Assembly: GCA_002633005.1 (NCBI GenBank)
Contig: NMRA01000027.1
Span: 1,611,118-1,675,117, forward strand
Length of the DNA: 64,000 bases
From: Phoronis australis
Lineage: Eukaryota; Animalia; Phoronida
Direction: 5' to 3'
Shown here: positions 51,401 through 62,581 of the stretch, piece after piece
Layout: each line of letters starts with the position of its first letter
Numbering within the stretch: the stretch's first letter is position 1
The notes under the pieces: generated by a model
Told to the model about the DNA's origin: nothing
Seen by the model: only the letters and a program-made list of their open reading frames with translations
The model's database searches: none
Program-made: the position numbers and the translations under genes

Positions 51401-54400
51401 GGATGGGTACGGCGGAATTGCGTGCGAGGTCAACGTGAGGCAGTGCGACGGAGATCCTTGCATGCATGGAGGCACGTGCAGTAAAACTGGCAAAAACGAC
51501 ATTAATTGTTTGTGTCTTGACGGCTTCACGGGCTCAAAATGTGAAACAAACGTGAACGAATGCGCAAGCGATCCATGTCAATGCAACTCTACCTGTATAG
51601 ATCTCATAGGAAAGTTCAAGTGCCGATGTTTGCCCGGTTACAAGGGGGCTCTGTGCCAGTTCCAGGTCGATGAATGCCTGAGTCAACCTTGCACACACAA
51701 CGGTACATGTTTAGACAAAGTAAACGATTTTGAATGTCAGTGTGAAGTGGGATTCGTAGGGAAAACGTGTGAAAAGAAAGTGCTCGCATGCGGGAGTTCC
51801 CCGTGTCGCAACAACGGCACGTGCTATGACTCATTTCCGAAGTACGACTGCCAGTGTGCGCAGGGGTTTTATGGAACAAACTGTCGGTATGAAGCCGACG
51901 AATGCAGAAGTGATCCATGTTTCAATGACGGGACCTGTGTGGACAAGGTAAATGGCTATGTCTGTGTGTGTCCCGGGGGATTCTCTGGTTTAATTTGCGA
52001 GAATGATGTGAATGAATGTGAGAGTAACCCGTGCTACGCGAACTCTACGTGCCTGGATGATCGTAATAGGTTCATCTGCGTATGTCAAACAGGATTCATC
52101 GGCACTAAGTGTAAGATTGAAGTCGACGAATGTTCGAGNCATTTCCGAAGTACGACTGCCAGTGTGCGCAGGGGTTTTACGGAACAAACTGTCAGTATGA
52201 AGCCGACGAATGCAGAAGTGATCCATGTTTCAATGACGGGACCTGTGTGGACAAGGTAAATGGCTATGTCTGTGTGTGTCCCGGGGGATTCTCTGGTTTA
52301 ATTTGCGAGAATGATGTGAATGAATGTGAGAGTAACCCGTGCTACGCGAACTCTACGTGCCTGGATGATCGTAATAGGTTCATCTGCGTATGTCAAACAG
52401 GATTCATCGGCACTAAGTGTAAGATTGAAGTCGACGAATGTTCGAGTGGCCCTTGCGAGAACGGAGGTCTATGCGTTGACGAAATCAACTCTTACGAGTG
52501 CCAGTGCCTTGCTGGGTTTACTGGAATTTATTGTGAAACTAACATCGACGAATGTGCCAGTGATCCCTGCTCAGCTATGGGCCTGTGCATCGATGGAATA
52601 GATTGCTTCGAATGCAAATGTTGGCCCGGTTTTGACGGACTGCTCTGCGAACAAGACATTGACGAATGTCTCAGCAAACCCTGCCAGAACGATGGAAAGT
52701 GCGTCGACGGCAAAAACTCGTTTTCGTGTGTTTGCCCCGACGGTTACGCCGACGAGTTGTGTGACATAGTTACTGACCGTTGTTTGCTAATCAGATGCGC
52801 ACCGGGAGTACCTTGTGTGAACACCGAGTTCGGTCCAACCTGTCAGTGCCCCCCGGGTCTGATGGGAGCCCACTGTCAATACGACATGGATGAGTGTGCC
52901 AGTACACCTTGTGCAAATTACGGGCGCTGCGTGGACCATACAGGCGGTTTCACGTGCGAGTGTGTCAACGGTTACCGTGGCATAACGTGTCAAATTGAGC
53001 CGGATCCGTGTACCCAACTGATTTGTGAAAACCATGGTACATGTGTCCATTTAGAAATTGGCCTTGGTTGTGCTTGTTTGCCAGGTTTTACAGGAAGTCG
53101 TTGTGAGCAAATAGCGAATGGTTGTTCAAGTCAGCCGTGTCTTCACGATGGGCTCTGTGAAGTACTCGGACAGGGCTTCAAATGTGATTGTAGGGCAGGG
53201 TACGGTGGCGATAGATGTGAGAACGTAGTCAACCCCTGTGCACAGAGACCATGCAGGAATAAGGCTGAATGTCACGTAGTATCGTCCAAAAACGCAAAGG
53301 GCCATTTGATTTCCGTTAACTATAAGTGCGTATGTTCTCCAGCTTACACTGGTTACAATTGCGAGACTAGAATTTGCGATACGCATCCCTGTAAGAATAA
53401 CGGTGTGTGCTTCGACAGGTCTTTAGAACATCGCAAGCAAGACACGGACGTGGACGCTTTACAAAGAGGTTTTATTTGCATGTGTACGGGTCACTTCACC
53501 GGGGATTTGTGCGAGCGCAACTTGAAACTATGTCAACCTAATCCGTGTATGCACGGTGGTCAGTGCGGATTCGACGACGCAGGCAGTCAACAGTGCGACT
53601 GCCCCCCTGGTTTTACAGGACACTTTTGCCAACATCCTCCTAAAAGAGGAATACATATTTGTGTCAAGATTCAATGTCAAAATGGCGGTTCCTGTTCATT
53701 CAATAACACAGGAAGTGAGGTTTGCAATTGTCCACCACCGTATGGAGGGGACTATTGCGAGGTGGTTGCTAGGCCGTCCAATGATGCCGAGCAAAACCTT
53801 GTCAATACTGGAATTCAAGGATGTTTCGACAATGCGTGTCAGAATGGCGGAACTTGTGCTGCTGACGGCAAGGGTGGACATGCGTGCCAATGTCCAAATC
53901 AGTATACGGGTGAACAATGCGAGACCAACTTGAAAGGCTTTGCAAAAGATCTCGAACAATGCGTTCGCATGGCTTGCCAGAATGGAGGTACTTGTATCAA
54001 ACACAGTGATCAACAAGAGACGTGCAAGTGTCCGCCAAAGTACAAGGGAGAGAGGTGCGAAGCCAAGCTCGAGATGAGTTTCGGCACCGAAGAACAATGC
54101 AATCTTGATTGTAAAAATGGCGGAACATGCGTTAGACGACACAAACGAGATGGCATGACAAATAGCACGAATGAGCACTGCAACTGCGCAGAGCATTTCA
54201 CCGGACGCACCTGTGAGAGTAGAGTGACGAAAGTATCCATTTGCGAAAGGGTTGTTTGCCAAAATGGTGGCATGTGTGTGAAGCAAGCTCACGGCACCGA
54301 AACTTGCAAGTGTCCTCAACACTTTGAGGGACAACTGTGCGAACACGCTCGAACAACCCAATATACGACAACTTTGACCACAAAGCAGGTTAATTTCACC

Positions 54401-55019
54401 GATGCTACTGTTTCCAGCGTACTGTCCAGTACAACGCGGGATAACGATTCCTGTGCGGTGAAAGCATGCAAAAATGGGGGGACTTGCTTTCATGGCGTTA
54501 ACGGCAAAGATAGCTGTGTCTGCGTAGACGGGTACAACGGGAACCTGTGTGAATTGAGGGCTAATGTGAAAGAAGCCATTGAGAAGACCATGGTTAAACC
54601 ATGTAGCGAAAACATTTGTAAGAATGGTGCAACCTGTTTCGAGCACTTTGGCGGGAGACTGGAATGCCATTGTCCGATTCAATTCAGCGGTAGCATATGC
54701 GAGCTGCCTTCTGACCGCGTGAAAGCTCCCGCGGAAATTGCCAAGAACTTTCACAACGAACGCTGCTCGAAGATTTGTCGAAACGGCGGTACTTGCGTTA
54801 TAGGCAAGGACAAGCAAGAAACATGCTTCTGCCTTGAGGATTATTCGGGCGAGCAGTGTGAGGTAAACCTAGAAGAGTTATACAAAGACCAAAGCCAGAA
54901 TGAATGCAACGAGCAAACGTGCCAGAATGGCGGGGTATGCGAAATCGATGAGTCCACTGGGGCAAACAAGTGTCGCTGCAAGAGAGAATACACTGGCGAA
55001 TGGTGTCAGACGAATAAGA
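48442..55019 (+). CDS. Giant WSC/EGF-repeat protein, exon 5 (EGF repeats ~24-72; fibropellin/Notch-type array); gene probably continues 3'
   Basis: ggcAG acceptor and A|GTAAGT donor at 55020. Removing the N and one copy of the 307-bp duplicate fuses ORFs 48378-52259 and 52130-55045 into one 6270-nt in-frame exon. Confidence 0.9.
51832..52446. repeat. 307-bp direct duplication around the N at 52139 (assembly overlap causing a false frameshift)
   Basis: 51832-52138 and 52140-52446 are identical apart from two substitutions seen (TAT/TAC, CGG/CAG). Confidence 0.88.
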
Positions 55020-57156
55020 GTAAGTTGATGACAGTTATATCTTGATATCGTCATTGTTAAAATAGACCGGGATCCCAGAGCTTTTTTGGGCATGAAAAGC
55101 TAACCAATTTTCTTTGGTGCCACAGTGCTCTGTGGGTATCCTGATGCTTGGAAATGGCCGTCTGGCAGGTTCGCTCTGGTGGGTGTGGTCAGGGGAGCCA
55201 AGAGAATTACACTAAAAAATTGAGCTAGATCAACTTTTCTGGTAACCACTTAAAACTGCCTTCGATACCTGCTACGTCATCCATTGTATCAAAATTGGTC
55301 AATGCCAGACAATTTCAGTGGTGGGGAGTACCCGCCAGACGAACATATACAGGGTACAAAAATTGAGCTAGATCAATCCAAGAGGTAACCGTTTGAAACC
55401 AGTCGCAAAATATTCACCATAAGCCCAGGCATCAGGAATGAACACTGCCAGACAAATCTAGTGGTGGGTTACCCCCGCCAGACACGCCCAAATACCTGAA
55501 TTGAGCTAGATCAACCTATCAGGTAACCGTTTGAAACCAATTGCACGATGTTCAGCATCAATGAACATGGCACAACAGTTAGCTGCCAGACAATTTCAGT
55601 GGTGGGGTGCCCCTGCCAGACGATTATTAAAAAGTGTTAAAAATTGAGCTAGATCAACCCAAGAGGTAACCGCTTAAAACCAGTTCCAAAATATTCACCG
55701 TAAGCCCAGGTATAACAAATGAACACTGCCAGACAAATCTAGTGGTAGGTTAGCTTCGCCAGACACACCCGAATACATGAATTGAGCTAGATCAACCCAA
55801 GAGGTAACCGCATGAAACCATTTGCAAAATATTCGCCGTAAGCCCAGGTATCAAGAATAAATACTGCCAGACAAATCTAGTGGTGGGTTATCCCCGCCAG
55901 ACACGCCCAAGTACCTGAGTTGAGCTAGATCAACCCGCCAGGTAACCGCTTAAAACCATTTGCATAATGTCGAGCAACATTCTGCATGCAACAAAAGATA
56001 CTTTACAGTCATTTTTAGCGGTGGGGCAGTAGCGTGCAGAGGTTTGATCGATGTAGGGGCTACTTTTTTACACGTCCCTATCTCTCTAATGAAATGCATA
56101 TATCCTGTTTAGGTACTGTACGTAGCGAACATGGTGGTTCGAATTTCAAGAACGGTGGATCTTGGTATTTTGCAAACGTCGACACTATAGAGTTTTCGGC
56201 GATGCCTTTGACGCAGCTTTGAATTAGGGGGAAGGGGAATCTGTATACATGACGACGACTCATGTTCATGAGATGAGACGGAATTTGTAATACCAGATAC
56301 GAGGATGCTGTGACGGTTGCTCGCAAAGAACGGGACACAAATTAGGATGTAATGTGGTCCAAAAAGAGAACATTCTCGCGTTATTTCCTGTCGAAGTTTC
56401 AAATCAGCCATGCTTAAATGAGTGATTACACCTGATGGCTACTCAGACGGAAATATGAAGTCTAGTTGGCGAATGACTTAACAAAATTGTATATCTGGTT
56501 GTATTTTAGCGTGTTACTTAAGTTGCTTACATCGCTGGAGATGGGGACATCCCACTATTTCGAAAGTTTACTACTCGGAAGGTTCCCTGACTATTCCTTC
56601 AACGATTCATCACTCCGAAGATTCACCGCTCCAAACATATCTATACTTTCAGACTCAGATGTGATTTTTGAACTTTTGCATTTTAAAATAAACGATATTT
56701 CGGCTATTAGATGCACCTATACCGAAAACAACGTCCGGGCACTAAAACACTTTGGGTTTTATGTAGACAGTGACCACCGTCTCCAGCTGGCCAGCACAAC
56801 TAGAAACGGTAGTCTGGCAGAATTCATGCGCATGCGAAATTGCCCGCATGTCTTAAAATGAGAACGCACTTGCATTTTAAAATGATATGAAGTAGGAATA
56901 CTGATGAATCATCAGCCAAGATACAATTCATCAAATTCATGTCAAGATCGAATCGCAGCGCGACGCACACGGCCGGGTCGAAACTAAATGAAGTTACTAG
57001 GCCACCCTGTCCCTGCCAGTCCTCATGAAGTCGGGGAGTCCCATTTAGTCTTCTTAAATTGAAAACGCCGTTGGTCGCCGCAGCCGTGCCGCAGATGTTG
57101 TCTTTGCTTGAGAATGAGTCATGATCACACAACCAATATAGTGAACTGTCGGAATT

Positions 57157-57534
57157 CTGGGCCCAGTCTCGAATAATGTTTGGCATTTTTAATTTACTTT
57201 TGTGCGAACTCAAGATAAGTGTCCATTACTCAATGCTCGAATACATAATGACTTACGTGGATGGTTGATTCGTCATATTTTTCAGTTGACAAAACCAACA
57301 TTAAAACTAAAAGTTTGAGTTTAAACTCGAAATTTCGAATTTTTACTCGAGTTTGTAGTACGCATATAAAGGTTTTTAAGTGCAAACTTGGACTAGAAAC
57401 TCATATGCATGAGCTATAATTATTCGAGCACAATCTGATAACCACTTGTCTTGAGTTCGCACAAAAGGAGCAAAGAAATTGCCAAAAATAATTTCCAGTT
57501 CGTTTCGAATACAAAGATTAGAGACCGGGCCCAG
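57157..57534. mobile_element. ~378-bp palindromic MITE-like element, copy 2, nested in the Academ-like element
   Basis: Inverted pairs CTGGGCCCAGTCTC/GAGACCGGGCCCAG and TTTTGTGCGAACTCAAGATAAGTG/CACTTGTCTTGAGTTCGCACAAAA. Homologous to 45528-45903. Confidence 0.65.
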
Positions 57535-58972
57535 GGTTTGGAATAGTGGAAATTCAAAGTAGTGATCTTTAGAAGATAACGAACCTTCGGAGTAATGGGC
57601 ATTCTGAGTACTGGACCTTAGGAGTATTGAACCTTCGTCATAGTGACATGGAACCCTGGAAATCTTTTCCATCTAGTTTGTGGCTCGTATGAAGTCTGCA
57701 GGGTTGTGCACCATTGACATTGATTGACTAGAGAAGATTTTCATTGACTAAAGTTGAGGTCTATGCCTACCTTTCCATCATAACGTGAAAATGCTCAACG
57801 GTGTATTCTCAGTGCAAGAAAACACAGTAGTTGTAGGTCTGGCTTTTAGCACGACGGAGAACTGACTACAATGAACTTACTGTCAGCATGTACCGAATTT
57901 AAAAGAACAGAAACGTTCAAACGTGTACACGCATGCATGTCAATCCATCCAACAATCAAAGTGGACACTGGTTGAACAACATATTTACAAATTTGACGAT
58001 CACTTTCAATACAAAATTTGAAAATGCCTACATTTCCACCGTACTATGGTTGCAATCAAACCAAAAATAGCAGAATAACAAATCTCAATTTTTCTGCTGT
58101 TGTGTTTCTTGGCCGAGTTTAAGACCTTCACACCGCACTACTTTTTGGGAGTTCTCTCGTTGTTATTTACATTAACATGGAGCTTACTTAGGTCTTAGGG
58201 CTAGACTTTTATGCTTAGGTATAGACATTCACTTCTGGACTCACTTGTTACCCTTTGTTGTAGCCACCACGCGCGTGCTTTATGAATAACATTCTCCTCT
58301 TATCGTATGCACGATCCTGTCATCTACACAAACAGCGGCACTCGGGCGAAGTTTACCGAGTTTGGTCCGACGCTATATGACGCGGTTTGAATCAGAAGCG
58401 GATTCAAAATTATTGCTAACTTAGTTATCATTGTAGGTAGCACCAGTAGCTGAAACAATTTTGTTGTTATTGTCCAATTAAACCCTATCTTTAACGAATA
58501 TGCTGGGGGTGGACCTTTTCAGCGGGGTAGGGGCTCGATTGAACCCCCCGAACCCTCCCCCGGCTACGGGATATGGGCCTGTACTATCAATAATAAAAGT
58601 AGAAAGGTGAAGCATAAACTAGATTCTTTGTTTAATTCAACTGCAATTCAGTCACTATTTCCAAAAATATACATAGTCGTTGGATACCCCTTCCCCAATG
58701 TGGATGCCCGGGTCCGTCGCCACGGTGGCTGAGCACCATATACAACATTTATGGATAATTAATTCGAACGTGTTTTATATTCACTATGAAGACAAAAAGC
58801 GAACAGTTCCATTGCCCGCATATCTGTGTCGTGCCAATGAAATGATTGTCAATCCAACTAAACTGAAAAACTAATAGGACTCGTTATACCCACGAATCAG
58901 TTGTGAATAAAATGTTCGCAACATGAACAGAATTTTTTATCTGCATTACAGCTTTGATAGTTTCCACGAAAT

Positions 58973-59590
58973 CTAACACGACCATACATACCCAATATCA
59001 GATGCCGCAGAGGTGTTTTCAGCCTTTTTGGAGAACACCATATCAAACATAAAAAATACAGACTGTTTCAAAGAGAGGTCAACAGCCGCTCTATTAAAGT
59101 TCTTCCTCGTTTGTAGCACTGAGAACGCACCGTTTTCCAGCGCTTCACGTAATATTGGGTTTGCCAATTTCAACTTTTGGTAAAACAATGTTCCCCATGT
59201 GGCGTAGTTTGGGTGGTTCAGGGCAAAAGATACATCTAGCGTAGTCGGAAAAATGTTGGTATAGCCACTGAAGTCATTGTTCTTGACGCATTTCTGGAGT
59301 TCTCTGTGGGCTCGGTTGATGAGAAAGACGAAGATTGCCCAAAACTGACCAGTTTTGCCAAATTTGCCATTAATAACTGTGTGAAATGAAGGTAGATGGC
59401 TCGCAAACATAACGCAGGCGACAGCAAAAGACGGCATTTTGATTTATTCCTTTTAGCAGTTGCATCAAATGACTCGTCCGAAAACAAAGAGACGCAGAGA
59501 AAACACAATGTGCTATCCGTCATGGACGGGTTTTTAGGTTTTGCTTTTAGTAGTGAATTATGTGGAGTATTCCGCTGTTTTCGCATGGAC
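58973..59590 (-). pseudogene. Degenerate transposase fragment (Academ-type)
   Basis: FALNHPNYATWG...LENGAFSVLQTRKNFNRAAVDLSLKQSV matches the F..xHxNYxRW...GxFxVxxT...FxxxxxDxxxEQ pattern recalled for Academ transposases. Frameshifted and truncated. Confidence 0.65.
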
Positions 59591-62480
59591 TTGTGAGGTC
59601 GCTCGAACCTCAGGCGCGATTTTTCTGGTTTTCATGCCCTGACATAAACTTGCAGACAAAAATCTCTGCACCTTGTGCAGTGACATATGTCGTACAGACT
59701 TAGTGGCTCTATTGAAAATCGAAGTGCCTGGTTCCTGATTGTGATGCTTATTCAGCGTGAATGGGCTTATAATCAATTTCGTTTCGACTCTTTATTTGTC
59801 TGATGGAGGCATCTTATTGTTTTGCCACGTGCAATGATGCTGAACATCGTGCAATTAGTTTCAAACCGTTGCCTCAACTCAGGTACTTGGGCGTGTCTGG
59901 CGGGGATAACCCACCACTAGATTTGTCTGGCAGTATTTATTCTTGATACCTGGGCTTACGGTGAATATTTTGCAACTGGTTTCATGCGGTTACCTCTTGT
60001 GTTGATCTAGCTCAATTCATGTATTTGGACGTGTCTGGCAGGGCTAACCCACCACTAAATTTGTCTGGCAGTATTTATTCGTGATACCTTGGCTTACGGT
60101 GAATATTTTGGAACTGGTTTTAAGCGGTTACCTCTTGGGTTGATCTACCTCAATTTTAAACCCTTTTTGATGATCGTCTGGCAGGGGCACCCCACCACTG
60201 AAATTGTCTGGCATCTAACTGTTGTGCCATGTTCAGTGATGCTGAACATAGTGCAATTGGTTTCAAACGGTTACCTGATGGGTTGATCTAGCTCAATTCA
60301 GGTACTTGGGCGTGTCTGGCGGTGGTAACCCACCACTAGATTTGTCTGGCAGTGCTCATTCGTGATACCTGTGCTCACGGTGAATATTTTGCCACTGGTT
60401 TCAAGCGGTTACCTCTTGGATTGATCTAGCTCAATTTTTGTACCCTGTATATATTCGTCAGGCGGGTACTCCCCACCACTGAAGTTGTCTGGCATTGACC
60501 AATTTTGATACAATGGATGACGTAGCAGGTATCGAAGGCAGTTTTAAGTGGTTACCAGAAAAGTTGATCTAGCTCAATTTTTTAGTGTAATTCTCTTGGC
60601 TCCCCTGACCACACCCACCAGAGCGAACCTGCCAGACGGCCATTTCCAAACATCAGGAAACCCACAGACCACTGTGGAACCAAAGAAAATTGGTTACCTT
60701 TTCATGCCCAAAAATGCTCTGGGATCCCGGTCTAAAAGTCGGCATGGGGGAAACTTCACACTGCGGTTTGAGCGGTGGCAGACCTGACTTGCAAAGTTGG
60801 CAGTGGCCGGGCAACAAAGCTGTTAGTGTAGTGCCCTTCTTGAGTGGTTTGCATTATGGAATACGGTTTCAAAGCGCACGCATAAATGATATTTTACCAC
60901 ATGTAGGTCGTCTGTTGTCGACTTGAAGTGAAGTTATTAAATGCCAGATGTCTATATGTTTGCATTGCAAACTTTTTTTGAAAGTGACAAGAATAGAACA
61001 GGATATGATTATTTATATTTTTTGTATTTTTCGTAACAACTGTAAAAGAGGAATATTTACAAATTCCTTCAAAAACGTTTGGTTGACAAAACTGCCAAGA
61101 ACGAGCCAGCAAGTGTCTTCTGACAGATCGACTCTGGAGACAACCGAAGTGGGCGTATGCAAGCAAAGTTTTCCTGAAATACGGCCTTGGAAAAATATGC
61201 ATGATTGAACCGTGAAACATTCCCCAGTTCCACATGAAGCCTTCACTAAACGGCGCACGGAGCAATCATTAGCAATATACCACCATATTTCAGATCCGTA
61301 CTCGACAGCAAAAATTCATACCGGTAGAGCGCATATTCGGCATTGCTAAATGTACGCTAGAGACGTGTATGTTTTGATTTTTCTTAAGTTGCTTCCGAAA
61401 ACCCCATCTCCCGCATGTACTGACGCCCTGAGCTTGTCAACGGAGACTTCCTTTAAGTATAATAGTTGCAGTTTAAGTATAATACCCACACTTAACAAAA
61501 GTATGCGTTTCATAGCGAAAATCTTTCAATAGGAGCCGGGGAACAAGTTTGCATAAAATTATAAACGATGCGCCTCCAATGCAAACCGGTGGTGTCATAC
61601 TCTAGTGCGACTTTGGAGTGGATGATTGTCAGAGGTTAGTTTCTTTGTGCTTCACTCCCAGTCAGCCGAGACAGGTCTTGACGACCTCCATATTACGTCA
61701 TACCACGTTCCAAAATGACAAATAAACTGACAATTTGCATAAACGTGGCGACGTACTTTGCGTGATTTTTACTTAACAACCACGACCAAATGACGTTAAC
61801 AAAATGAGCTTGTTTAGAAGATGTCATCATGACGACGTATACAAATTTGTCGAGATTTCTTTTAAAACCTCATTTACCTCAACTTTTTTCAAGAAAGAAA
61901 AGTACTCTTTGAATGTCTATGTATACGGTGGAATAGGATACAATTACTGCGAAAATGTCCATTAATGTCATGTTACTATAACATCGAATCTCCATTCCGA
62001 CGAATTTTTCCAATAATATGTATGATTTGACAACAACGTCAAAACGTGGATGAAAAGCGGTGTACAAAATTTAAAGTACCCTATTAGTATGCTGTCTTAA
62101 GCAGCTGATTTTCCGAACTTCATTTTTATTAAAGGTAAGAGTAATTTCTTCTACAGTAATTCGAATGCTCAGTTAGTCAGTATCTTCAGATAAATTATTC
62201 GAATCATAATGAAGAAATCCGTGACATATACATGAAACTGACGACCGTCTCATTGGATATCAAATTCCGGTGTATCATAGTAAACACTTTTGAATGCACA
62301 AAGACATTCCTAACGTACAGTGTTCAAGTGCTGCGTTTTTTATGAGGTTTCAGCATTTTCTAGAACTGCTTACTACAATTTTCTTTTAGCACGATTACCA
62401 AGGTTATGGTTTGCTCGTCCAAAAATTGTTTGTTGTTTGCTTTTGTGAGATTCTTGGACACTTTATTTTGTTCTCTGTAG

Positions 62481-62581
62481 CGACACCGAAGGGTGTTTGT
62501 CTGCACCTTCACAATTTTTTTAGAGTCAAGCGCTCCTGTTCAAAGCATTCATTGTCGAACCAATGTTTTGAATATTTTCGG
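62481..62581 (+). CDS. Candidate downstream exon of the EGF-repeat gene
   Basis: Strong acceptor ttttgttctctgtAG. The phase-1 reading TPKGVCLHLHNFFRVKRSCSKHSLSNQCFEYFR is open, with a G|GTGCGT donor. No homology support. Confidence 0.3.

Larger units (their letters stand above)
55063..60734 (-). mobile_element. Academ-like DNA transposon, internally deleted, with ~900-bp TIRs
   Basis: Ends TAGACCGGGATCCCAGAG / CTCTGGGATCCCGGTCTA with AAA on both flanks. TIRs ~55063-56000 and ~59805-60734. Carries a transposase remnant on the minus strand. Confidence 0.8.

Noticed and set aside
52130-52259. Apparent frameshift or two separate EGF genes (ORFs 48378-52259 and 52130-55045); possible programmed frameshift
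   Set aside because: The shift coincides with an N between two near-identical 307-bp copies. Removing 308 nt restores one continuous frame.
42278-54817. Many overlapping antisense and alternative-frame ORFs (e.g. 48426-49472, 53696-54817)
   Set aside because: They are shadows of the Cys-rich repetitive coding strand, with no independent domain or splice signals.
42035-55045. Calling the EGF gene Notch, fibropellin, Crumbs or EYS
   Set aside because: No LNR, ANK, DSL, CUB, avidin, LamG or transmembrane segment is visible, and the N-terminus is WSC-like. No gene symbol is justified.
55220-55970. Regularly spaced repeats resembling a CRISPR array
   Set aside because: Eukaryotic context, no cas genes, the 'spacers' are homologous to each other, and the array is mirrored as a transposon TIR.
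56466-57213. ORFs of 131 and 129 aa inside the transposon
   Set aside because: No transposase or other recognisable motifs. They overlap degenerate nested repeats.
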